Origin: an uncultured SAR86 cluster bacterium
GTDB lineage: Bacteria; Pseudomonadota; Gammaproteobacteria; Magnimaribacterales; D2472
DNA length: 64,000 nt
NCBI GenBank assembly: GCA_902560315.1
Contig: CACELG010000002.1
Coordinates: 442-64,441, forward strand
Reading direction: 5' to 3'
In this document: piece by piece, positions 10,659-22,900 of the stretch
Layout of the letters: every line of letters begins with the position of its first letter
Numbering within the stretch: position 1 is the stretch's first letter
Translations under genes and position numbers: made by a program
The notes under the pieces: model-generated
What the model saw: only the letters and a program-made list of their open reading frames with translations
What the model was told of the DNA's origin: nothing
Database searches by the model: none

Positions 10659-11449
10659 TATCTAGATCTGAGCTTCGCTAAAAGCCTTAAAATTTCTATA
10701 TAAAGCCAAATAAGAGTTGTTACCAAAGCCATTGCGCCAAAATATTCCATATACTTTGGAGAACCATATTCAGCAGATTGTTCGATAATATCAAAATCAA
10801 GTACCAGACTAAATGCAGCCATAGCCACTATAAATAAAGATAATCCAATCGATGCATTACTATTTCCTGAAAATATCTCAGGTGATACACCGGTAACTAA
10901 AGAATATATAAATATACCTATATAAAATAAAAATATTCCAAAAATAGCAGAACAAAGCATTAAAACAAAGTTCTGAGTTGGTTTCACAATACCGGACTTA
11001 TATAAAAATAACAAAGTCGCAGCAACACAAAATGTCAATGACACGGCCTCAAGAACTATACCAGGAAACATTGTTTCGAATTGTAATGAAATTAAACCAA
11101 TAAAAAAACCTTCTCCAAATGCAAATACTAACCAAGTTTTTGGAGCTAAATACGGCCTGGGGTTAATTATGAACCCAATAAACGGCATCCAAAAACCAAA
11201 AGTAGCCACACTTGCAATTCCTGCAGCAAATACACCAATATATGAAACCATAACTATAAATGGACTTGGAAAGTTCCATGAGATTGCAGCAGTAGATATA
11301 AGAATTGCAAGCATTATAGCTGTTTTGTTCACAGTACCATCCAAAGTCATTTTTTCTGATCCTGAAGATGCTCGTGAATCAAATGCAGAAGATCTTATAA
11401 CAGGATTTCCAGATCTTCCAAAAGTATCAAGTGCAGCATGTTTAGACAT
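10658..11449 (-). CDS. Bax inhibitor-1/YccA-family membrane protein (BaxI_1 type)
   Basis: N-terminal 'GRSGNPVIRSSAF' followed by 7 hydrophobic helices and a C-terminal 'LRLLAKLRSR'. Confidence 0.75.
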   Translation of the reverse strand: MSKHAALDTFGRSGNPVIRSSAFDSRASSGSEKMTLDGTVNKTAIMLAILISTAAISWNFPSPFIVMVSYIGVFAAGIASVATFGFWMPFIGFIINPRPYLAPKTWLVFAFGEGFFIGLISLQFETMFPGIVLEAVSLTFCVAATLLFLYKSGIVKPTQNFVLMLCSAIFGIFLFYIGIFIYSLVTGVSPEIFSGNSNASIGLSLFIVAMAAFSLVLDFDIIEQSAEYGSPKYMEYFGAMALVTTLIWLYIEILRLLAKLRSR

Positions 11450-11509
11450 AAATAATCTCCATATTTAATACCATACTATTTAAGTATGATCATATATTCA
11501 AATTAAAAG

Positions 11510-12616
11510 TTATAGACTGGTTGGTATTTGACCAAATTTCTCTAAAGGTTTCTTCATCTCAGCCCAATCACATTCAAAATCATCTGGTGCATTTTCATAT
11601 TCAAGCAAACCAAGAGCTTCAAATTTTGGCCTAACCTCATCAGTTAATAGACCAATTCTTTTTAGATTAGGCATAACTCTTGTAAATAAGAAGTTTCTAA
11701 ACATTTCAAATGTACCTGTATTTAATTGGAATTCTCTTGCTTCCTCTTCACTCATTTTTAAGAACCTTTGTTCAGCCTTTGTATTTATCAATCTATCTCT
11801 GGATATAACACAAGCTTCATAAGCAAATTCAGCTCTTTCATTAATTTCTTCTGGTGAAAGTGTTTTTAGATAGTCCTCTAAATAATTAATACCAAAGGTT
11901 ACGTGTCTTGCTTCATCACGAACAACATAGTGAAGAAGTTGTTTTAACAAAGGATCCTTTGTAATAGCCTTTAGCATTTGAAAGGCTGCAAGTGCAAGTC
12001 CTTCAATAATAATCTGCATACCAATAAATTTAAGATCCCACCTTTCGTCAGTAAGAATTTTATCCAGTAACAATTTTAAAGATGGGTTAATTGGATAATG
12101 TATTCCAACTTTGTCCTGAAGATATCTATTAAATACCTCGACGTGTCTAGCCTCATCAAATGTTTGCGAAGCAGCATACAGCTTTGCATTGTATGTTGGT
12201 GCACAACTTGCAAGTTGAGATGCAACTAAAAGGGCGCCTTGTTCTCCGTGAAGAAATTGACTCATAAGTTCAGCCGTATTATGTCTATCAAAAAGTATCT
12301 TTTCCTCATCGGTAAGGTTTTGATAAGCATCTAACATTTCATGAGGTAATTCCTCATCTGGCTCTATTATTTTCTCGTCAGCAGGGTGGGTATATTCCCA
12401 ATTTAGATCAATTGATCCATTCCAATTTAATTCTTTGCCGAGCTCGTAAAGCTTTTTAATTCTATTGTCAGAAACAGTGTAGTCCCAGTTATAAGCTCCT
12501 GTAAGGGGAGTGTTAAAAATCTCTATAACATCTTCAACTTGTTTTTGTGAAAGATTTAAATCTTCATCGAAATATAATAGATCCTCTGGGGGCCCATCTT
12601 GTTTATGAATTTTCAT
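11510..12616 (-). CDS. ferritin-like diiron oxygenase (AurF / R2-like family)
   Basis: Four-helix diiron ligand pattern: 'HGEQGAL', 'FDEARHVEVF', 'IIIEGLALAAF' and 'VRDEARHVTF' (E...EXXH twice). Confidence 0.6.
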   Translation of the reverse strand: MKIHKQDGPPEDLLYFDEDLNLSQKQVEDVIEIFNTPLTGAYNWDYTVSDNRIKKLYELGKELNWNGSIDLNWEYTHPADEKIIEPDEELPHEMLDAYQNLTDEEKILFDRHNTAELMSQFLHGEQGALLVASQLASCAPTYNAKLYAASQTFDEARHVEVFNRYLQDKVGIHYPINPSLKLLLDKILTDERWDLKFIGMQIIIEGLALAAFQMLKAITKDPLLKQLLHYVVRDEARHVTFGINYLEDYLKTLSPEEINERAEFAYEACVISRDRLINTKAEQRFLKMSEEEAREFQLNTGTFEMFRNFLFTRVMPNLKRIGLLTDEVRPKFEALGLLEYENAPDDFECDWAEMKKPLEKFGQIPTSL

Positions 12617-12693
12617 ATTTTGTTCTCTTCTTATGGTTTGCTAATTTAGTTCTATGTTTAAACGCTAAAAACACAGTAATTTTATAATAATTA

Positions 12694-14460
12694 CTAATCA
12701 TTGAAAAGTTTTGTTAACTCTTCAAGTAATACCTCACCAAGTTCTTCAGCCCTATTTATGGTTAGTGCATTTTTATAATATTTCGTAACATCATGACCAA
12801 TCCCAATTGCCTGAAGTTCAATAGGACTATCATTTTCAATTTTTGTAATTATTTCCCTTAAATGATTATCCAAAAAATCCTCTCTATTTGCAGATAATGT
12901 GCTGTCATCAACTGGAGCACCATCAGATATTACTATTAAAATTTTTCTTTCTTCAGGTCTTTTAAGCAGCCTATCATGCGACCAAGACAAAGCTTCTCCA
13001 TCTACATTTTCCTTAAGCAATCCCTCCCTTAGCATTGCTCCAAAATATTTTCTTGATCGTCTCCAGCTGTTGTCAGCGCTTTTATATATGATATGCCTTA
13101 AATCATTTAATCTGCCTGGATTTGAACTATTACCATTAATAACCCAGAGTTTTTTTGAGTCTCCACCTTTCCAATGTTTTGTAGTAAATCCTAATATCTC
13201 AGTTTTAACCTGACATCTTTCTAAAGTGCTTCCAATTATATCTGTACATATAGCAGCTAAACTTATTGACCTTCCTCGCATAGACCCTGAGTTATCAATT
13301 AAAAGAGTTACAACAGTATCCTTAAATTTATTTTCAGTTTCTTGCTTGAAGCTAAGAGGATAGCTGGGGTTTGCAATGATTCTATGAAGTCTTGAATTAT
13401 CTAAAATTCCCTCTTCAAGATTAAAATTCCAACTTGTATTTTGCTTAGCAAGTAATAATCTTTGCAGTCTATTAGCAAGCTTACCTATAGTAGCTAAATG
13501 TGGCTTTATTAAATTATCCAATTGGTTTCTTAACCTCAAAGACTCATCATTTGTTACCAAATCTTTTGCTTCTATAACTTCATCAAAATTAGTAGTGTAG
13601 ATAGAGTAATCTTTTTTATGAGGAGATTTAAACTCATTATTTGGATAGGTAAGTGAATCTATTTCTTCTTCGATTGATGTATCATCAATATTATCTATTG
13701 CATCTTGTATATCAATTTCAATATCTGTATTTAAATCTTTTAATTCTGAATTTTGATCTTCTCCAAAATTCTCTTCAATTTCCTCATTTTGACTTTCTAT
13801 ATCATCTGTTGTGCCTGGAGCATTTTCAAAATCAGTTTCCTCATCCTCATATATATCTTCTTTAACAAGCTCAAGTCCTTTAAGAAATTCTAAAGCATAT
13901 TTTTCAAATTGTTGTTGATTTTCTATATTGTTAATAAGATTTTTCTTTATTTTATCCAGTGAATTGTCAATATTATATTTCTCAACAAATTTATTTAGTA
14001 TATACCTTGAAGTTTCACTAATTTGAAAATTTGCAGCATCTTTTAACCAAAGATTTGCTCCATAGGAAAGAAAATTTAATGATTTTTCATCCTCAAGATC
14101 ATTACTTTTTGCGTCTAAATAATTTGATATATTTTTAACTGAACCAATAAATTCTTTACAACCTAACAACTCAACTCTTGATATTTCTAATTCATTAAAT
14201 ATCATTCTTGCAGGTAAAGTCAGCTGAAAGTCTCTTGTATTTTTATGAAATAAATACCAAAAAGCTTGAAAATCAGATTCGCCTCGCCATTTATTAATAT
14301 CCTTTGATGATCTTGGTGCAGCTGGCACAACAATATGATTTGCAACAGGAGGCCTTTGAGATAAACCAGTATTAGAAGTAATTTTTTTGTTTTTTGATAT
14401 TGCTTTTACGGTTGAAACTGCAGCCTCATGCAATCTTTCTCTATTTTTTGTCCAACCCAT
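12694..14460 (-). CDS. cobT: CobT-like VWA-domain protein (cobaltochelatase CobT family)
   Basis: CobT-type N-terminal region, a long acidic central tract (D/E-rich '[19 protein letters not shown]..') and a C-terminal VWA domain with the MIDAS motif 'LLIDNSGSM'. Confidence 0.75.
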   Translation of the reverse strand: MGWTKNRERLHEAAVSTVKAISKNKKITSNTGLSQRPPVANHIVVPAAPRSSKDINKWRGESDFQAFWYLFHKNTRDFQLTLPARMIFNELEISRVELLGCKEFIGSVKNISNYLDAKSNDLEDEKSLNFLSYGANLWLKDAANFQISETSRYILNKFVEKYNIDNSLDKIKKNLINNIENQQQFEKYALEFLKGLELVKEDIYEDEETDFENAPGTTDDIESQNEEIEENFGEDQNSELKDLNTDIEIDIQDAIDNIDDTSIEEEIDSLTYPNNEFKSPHKKDYSIYTTNFDEVIEAKDLVTNDESLRLRNQLDNLIKPHLATIGKLANRLQRLLLAKQNTSWNFNLEEGILDNSRLHRIIANPSYPLSFKQETENKFKDTVVTLLIDNSGSMRGRSISLAAICTDIIGSTLERCQVKTEILGFTTKHWKGGDSKKLWVINGNSSNPGRLNDLRHIIYKSADNSWRRSRKYFGAMLREGLLKENVDGEALSWSHDRLLKRPEERKILIVISDGAPVDDSTLSANREDFLDNHLREIITKIENDSPIELQAIGIGHDVTKYYKNALTINRAEELGEVLLEELTKLFND

Positions 14461-14466
14461 TAAAAA

Positions 14467-15447
14467 TTAGGTATTTGTTGATTCGTTTTCTATTTCAATA
14501 TCAAAGCATCTTTGAAAGTACTCTGAGATAATTGATTTTTCTATGTCATCACATTTATTGAGAAAAGTTAATTTAAATGATGAAACAAGATCTTTAAAGA
14601 TCTTAAAATTCTGACCCCATGATATTACTGTTCTAGGAGACATAAGTGTTGAGATGTCACCATTAGCAAATCCTGTTCTTGTCAGATTAGCTAGCTTAAT
14701 CATATTTTTAATGATTTCTTGATTTTTTGCTCCCTTGAGACTAGTTAATTTTGATGTTACTACTTTTAATTCTTGCATAGGATTTAAATAGTTTAATGTT
14801 GATAATATGTGCCATCTATCCATTTGACCTTGGTTAATCTGTTGAGTGCCATGATAAAGACCAGTCATATCTCCTAATCCAACAGTATTTGTTGTTGCGA
14901 ATAATCTAAAAGCTGGGTGAGGATTAATAATTTTATTTTGGTCTAGTAAAGTAAGTTTACCTTCTACTTCTAATATTCTTTGAATAACAAACATGACATC
15001 GGGACGACCTGCATCATATTCGTCAAAAACAAGAGCAACTGGATTTTGAATAGACCATGGTAGAAGTCCCTCTTGAAATTCAGTAATTTGCTTACCATCA
15101 TTTAGTTTTATAGCATCTTTCCCAAGAAGATCTATTCTACTTATATGACTATCAAGATTAATTCTTACGCAAGGCCAATTAAGTCTTGCTGCTACTTGTT
15201 CAATATGTGTTGATTTTCCTGTTCCATGAAAACCTTGGATCATTACTCTTCTGTTATGTTCAAAACCAGCCAATATCGAAAGCGTTGTATCTTTGTCAAA
15301 AACATATGAATTATCAATTTCGGGTACCCAAGCATTTTTTTCTTTAAATGCCTTTACTGTTATTTTTGAATCAATATTAAATGTATCAGCAACCTTGACT
15401 TTGCTGTCAGGTTTTTTTGGTAATTCTATTTCTGTATTTTTAACCAT
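14467..15447 (-). CDS. cobS: CobS-like MoxR-type AAA+ ATPase (cobaltochelatase CobS family)
   Basis: Walker A 'GFHGTGKST' and Walker B 'ALVFDEYD'. CobS-type N-terminus 'VADTFNIDS..VPEID..YVFD'. Only 6 nt separate it from cobT. Confidence 0.85.
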   Translation of the reverse strand: MVKNTEIELPKKPDSKVKVADTFNIDSKITVKAFKEKNAWVPEIDNSYVFDKDTTLSILAGFEHNRRVMIQGFHGTGKSTHIEQVAARLNWPCVRINLDSHISRIDLLGKDAIKLNDGKQITEFQEGLLPWSIQNPVALVFDEYDAGRPDVMFVIQRILEVEGKLTLLDQNKIINPHPAFRLFATTNTVGLGDMTGLYHGTQQINQGQMDRWHILSTLNYLNPMQELKVVTSKLTSLKGAKNQEIIKNMIKLANLTRTGFANGDISTLMSPRTVISWGQNFKIFKDLVSSFKLTFLNKCDDIEKSIISEYFQRCFDIEIENESTNT

Positions 15448-15553
15448 TTTAAAAAAGTTCTTTTTCGGACTGCATATCCTACCTTTTGAGGGTTTAAAGT
15501 TCTAGTTTTTTTGTAAACAATGTAAGATGTCATTTTAACTACTATATTAAATT

Positions 15554-16309
15554 ATGTCAGAAAGACTAAAAAATAAAGTTGGATTAATTACTGGAGCGGC
15601 GCAGGGTCTAGGAAAAGAAATGGCAAGATCTATGATCTCTCAAGGCGCAAATATAATAATTACAGACATTAATAAAGAGTCTCTAGCTAAAACAGCAGAG
15701 GAACTTTCATGTGAATATATGACTCTTGACGTCACAAAAGAAGATCAATGGAAAGAAACAATCTCGAATATTGAAAAGAAAACCGGTTCATTAAATATAT
15801 TAGTTAACAATGCAGGTATTGGTGGTGGAGGTGACGTTGAAGAAACTGACTTAGAGTCTTGGCATTTAGTTCACAGTGTGAATTTAGACTCTGTTTTTTT
15901 GGGATGTAAATTCTCTTTACCATTGATGAGAAAGTCTGGTAATGGCTCAATAATTAACATTTCTTCAATGTCTGGTATTGTGGCCTCACATAATATGTCT
16001 GCATATAACTCTTCAAAAGCTGCTGTTAGACATTTATCCAAGTCTGTTGCGCTTCATTGTGCAAAATCTACAAATCTTGTGAGGTGTAATTCTATTCATC
16101 CTGTATTTACAAGAACAGCAATGGTTCAAAGTATGATAGATGCAGCACCTGAAAGAAATATTGAAGAAAAATTAGTCAAACAAATACCACTTAGAAAATT
16201 AGCTGAGCCAATAGATATTGCCAATGCTGCTGTTTTTTTGGCTTCTGATGAGTCATCTTTTATTACAGGTACTGAGTTAGTGATAGATGGCGGACTAAGC
16301 GCGACTTAA
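15554..16309 (+). CDS. short-chain dehydrogenase/reductase (classical SDR)
   Basis: 'ITGAAQGLGKEMA' (TGxxxGxG), 'NNAGI' and 'YNSSK' (YxxxK). Confidence 0.85.
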   Translation: MSERLKNKVGLITGAAQGLGKEMARSMISQGANIIITDINKESLAKTAEELSCEYMTLDVTKEDQWKETISNIEKKTGSLNILVNNAGIGGGGDVEETDLESWHLVHSVNLDSVFLGCKFSLPLMRKSGNGSIINISSMSGIVASHNMSAYNSSKAAVRHLSKSVALHCAKSTNLVRCNSIHPVFTRTAMVQSMIDAAPERNIEEKLVKQIPLRKLAEPIDIANAAVFLASDESSFITGTELVIDGGLSAT

Positions 16310-16311
16310 AA

Positions 16312-17183
16312 ATGAATGACAAAACCGCATTAAAAAGAACTCTCGGTTTATTTGAACTAGATGAAATTGATAGAGATATTTTCAGTTGGACTGGAAAGAA
16401 TGTCGGCTACAAAAGAATCTTTGGGGGCCAAGTTATGGCACAAACTTTGGTTGCTGCATATAAAACAGTTGATGTAGAGCATTTTGCGCACTCTTTCCAT
16501 TCTTACTTCTTAAGACCTGGAGATATGAAAAAACCCATAACTTTTACAGTAGATAGAATTAGAGATGGTAAGAGTTTTACAACAAGAACTGTAAAAGCAA
16601 TTCAGGATGGAGAAGCGATATTTAATTGCTCTATATCTTTTCAAAAAAGAGAAAAAGGACTAGAGCATCAAATTGAGATGCCTAAAGTTCCTGAGCCTGA
16701 AACATTAAAGAACGAGATGGAAGTCAGAGAAGAGGCTTTAAAAGAATTAAATATGAAGATAGAAGATATGCCTATGTTTATTAGACAAAAAGAGATTGAG
16801 ATGAGGCCAGTTGAAGAACAAAGTTATTTTAATCCCAAAAGAATGCCACCATATAAAAACACTTGGATAAAAGCTGAAGGAAGTATTCCCGAGGATCAAA
16901 TAACTCAACAGGCCTTTCTTTTATATATATCAGATATGGGTCTTTTAGGAGCTGCAAATAATTCTGTTGGAGTTAATTTCTTAACTAAAAATTTTCAGAA
17001 TGCTAGTCTCGATCATGCTATGTGGTTTCATAGAAAGGTGGATCTAGATGGTTGGTTTTTGTACACAATGGAGAGTCCAATAACTAGAAATGCTCGTGGT
17101 TTTTCTAGAGGTTCCATTTTTTCTAGAGATGGAAAGTTAATTGCATCTTGCACACAGGAAGGACTTATAAGGCTTTGGGAGGA

Positions 17184-17187
<4 letters not shown>
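16312..17187 (+). CDS. tesB: acyl-CoA thioesterase II
   Basis: 291 aa double hot-dog protein. 'IFGGQVMAQTLVAA' and 'HSFHSYFLRPGD' are TesB signatures. Confidence 0.8.
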
Positions 17188-19870
<2,683 letters not shown>

Positions 19871-19882
19871 TTAAACGTTTAA
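19871..19882. promoter_or_regulatory. perfect 12-bp palindrome TTAAACGTTTAA abutting the gltD start codon
   Basis: Read directly; it is its own reverse complement. The central AAACGTTT is typical of LacI/PurR-family operator cores. Confidence 0.3.
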
Positions 19883-19885
19883 AGT

Positions 19886-19903
19886 GTATGACATAGTATG
19901 ACA
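19886..19903. repeat. direct repeat GTATGACA x2 with 10-bp phasing in the gltD/gltB divergent spacer
   Basis: GTATGACA at 19886-19893 and again at 19896-19903, read directly. Confidence 0.5.
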
Positions 19904-19931
19904 CTTTTTTTTATTATTTCATAGTTTATTG

Positions 19932-19940
19932 TGCTATAAT
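19932..19940 (+). promoter_or_regulatory. putative extended -10 promoter element (TGcTATAAT) for gltB
   Basis: TGCTATAAT at 19932-19940, 21 nt upstream of the gltB ATG at 19962. No good -35 element. Confidence 0.35.
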
Positions 19941-19961
19941 TATATTTTTCACACTTTTAGT

Positions 19962-22900
19962 ATGCCTAGACTTATTTCAAAAAATGACTTTAGAGATAAT
20001 TGTGGATTCGGTCTGATAGCAGACATCAATGGTAAAAAGTCACATAAAATTCTTACCAAATCTATAAATGCTCTTAAAAGCATGACTCACAGAGGTGCCA
20101 TTGGTTCAGATGGTAAAACTGGTGATGGCTGCGGTCTTTTGCTAGATATCAATAAAGAATTTTTTATAGATGCTTTACAAAAAGAACAAAAAATTAAAAT
20201 AACAGAAGAATTTGCAATTGGACAAATTTTTACTTCTAAAAAAATAAAAACAGATATTTCGGAAATTAATAAGATATTGAAAAGTGAAAATTTAGAACTA
20301 AAAGCTATAAGAAAAGTACCAATTAATAAAAAAATACTTGGAAATATAGCTCTAAATTGTTTGCCAAATATTTATCAACTTTATATTCAATCGACTGACA
20401 AAGTATTTTATGAAGAAAAATTTGAAACTAATTTATATCAAGCAAGAAAAAGAATTGAAGAGATTTATCTAGATGATGAAAAGCTTTATTTTTGCAGCCT
20501 ATCATCAAAAACCATCGTATATAAAGGGTTGATGTTGCCAGATGCCATACAAGATTTCTATTTAGATTTAAAATCGCCACAGTTCAAATCCTCAATTTGC
20601 GTATTTCATCAAAGATTCTCAACTAATACACACCCTAGATGGCATCTTGCTCAGCCCTTTAGACTTTTAGCTCATAATGGAGAAATTAATGCGATTAGAG
20701 GAAACAGGAATTGGGTAAAAGCAAGATCATCAAAGTTTAAAAGTCCTCGTATTCCAAAAATTCAAAAATTTAAACAATTAGTAAATGAGACAGGATCTGA
20801 TTCATCAGCACTAGATAATATGATCGAAATCTTGATCAACGGGGGAGTTAAGTTATTCAGAGCAATAAGAATGGTAATGCCTCCTGCATGGCAAAACGCA
20901 TATTTATTAGATGCAGATATAAGAAGTTTTCATGAGTATAACTCCATGCATATGGAACCATGGGATGGTCCAGCAGGCATAGTCATGTCCGATGGGAAAT
21001 GGGCTGTATGCATGCTCGATAGGAACGGTTTAAGACCAGCTAGATATCAAATAGACAAAGACAACATAATTACAATTGCATCTGAAACTGGTGTAAATCC
21101 AATTGCAGATGAAAAAATTGTACAAAAAGGTAGAGTATCACCAGGTGGTATTTTGGCTGTGAACACCTTTACTGGAGAAATACTTAACGAAATTCAAATC
21201 GATCAAGATCTTAAATCAAAACTTCCCTACAGAGAGTGGCTGAGAGAAAGGACGGTTTATATTGAATCAAGCCTTGATAAATATGAAGGCCCTGGACTTA
21301 AAAAAATAAATCATACTGATTTATCTGTTGCTTCAAAAATGTTCCTGCTTCATAAAGAAGAAAGGACCTCTGTTATCAAACCACTTGCAGTTGATTCTAA
21401 TGAGGGTACTGGATCTATGGGTGATGATACTGCATTGGCAGTAATGAGCAAGATGCATAGACAAATATATGATTATTTCAGACAACAATTTGCTCAAGTT
21501 ACAAATCCACCAATTGATTCACTTAGAGAAGTTAGTGTAATGTCTTTGGAGACTTGTTACGGACCTGAGTTGAATGTTTTTGATGAAACGCCTGATCATG
21601 CAAAGAGATTAGTCACTACATCACCAGTTCTTTCATTTAAAAAACTACAATCCATTATTAAGAATAAACACTTTGAATCTGTTCAATTAAATTTGGAATA
21701 CTCTCATAAAACAGATTTAAAAAATGCTTTAGTTAAACTTCAAAAAGAAGTTGTTAAAGAAGTAAGAAATGGAAAAGTCATAATACATTTAGTTGAAAAG
21801 CTGCCAACTTCTAATAAATTACCGATCAATGCTTTATTGGCTGTTGGATGTGTGCATCAAAAACTTGTTGAACTTGGATTAAGATCAGATGCAAATATAG
21901 TCATATCTTCTTCTTCTGCAAGAGATACTCACCAGATTGCCTGTCTTATTGGATTTGGAGCAACAGCGGTCTACCCATCACTAGCATATCAAACCATCCT
22001 TGATTTATCTGAAAGAAATGAGATAAAAGGATCGCCTCATGAAAATTGTGCAAGGTATAGAAAAGGAGTCAACAAGGGCCTCCTGAAAATAATATCTAAA
22101 ATGGGAATATCTTCTATTTCTAGCTACAGAGGTTCGCAGCTATTTGAAATAGTTGGTCTAAATAATGAAATTGTAGATCTGTGTTTTACTAACTCTATTA
22201 GCAGGATAGGAGGAAAAAGTTTTAAAGACCTTGATATTGAAACAAAAAAATTAGATGAATATGCTAGATCAAATCTTTCTGATATTAGTGTTGGAGGATT
22301 GCTTAAATATGTTCATGGAGGTGAATATCATACTTACAATCCTGAAATAGTAAAAAAACTTCAAGAGGCTGTTTCAACTGGATCGCAAGAAATCTATAAC
22401 GAATATGCAGACCTAGTAGATAAAAGGCCTCCAGCAATGTTAAGAGATATTCTAGCAATAAAAAAATCAACAAAAACAATAAAAATAAAAAATGTTGAGT
22501 CTAAAAAGAACATTTTAAAAAGATTTGACTCTGCTGGAATGAGCTTAGGAGCTTTATCACCAAAAGCACATGAAACTCTTGCTCAGGCTATGAATTCTCT
22601 CGGGTCAAGATCTAACTCTGGCGAAGGTGGTGAAGCCAAAGAAAGATATAACACAGATAAAATGTCTAAAATTAAACAAGTTGCCTCAGGTAGATTTGGC
22701 GTTACTCCCCACTATTTAGTTAATGCTGAGGTATTACAAATTAAAATTGCTCAAGGTGCAAAGCCTGGTGAAGGAGGACAATTACCAGGTGGAAAAGTAG
22801 ATAATTTAATTGCTAAACTGAGATATTCAACACCTGGTGTTACTTTAATTTCACCACCACCACATCATGACATCTATTCAATTGAAGATTTGGCACAACT

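Noticed and set aside
12617-12693. AT-only hairpin AGTAATT-N7-AATTACT after cobT as an intrinsic terminator separating cobT from the diiron gene.
   Set aside because: The 7-bp stem is all A/T and has little stability, and the following T-run is interrupted. It is not convincing enough to call, so operon continuity remains open.
15448-15553. Looked for a cobalamin riboswitch or other leader upstream of cobS.
   Set aside because: The 106-bp spacer is AT-rich, and I could not recognise a conserved B12-box or the GC-rich helices of a cobalamin riboswitch.
19871-19882. Reading the TTAAACGTTTAA palindrome specifically as a PurR box.
   Set aside because: Only the central AAACGTTT matches. The flanking GC/CG positions important in the E. 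coli PurR consensus (ACGCAAACGTTTGCGT) are A/T here. I kept it only as a generic LacI-family-like palindrome.
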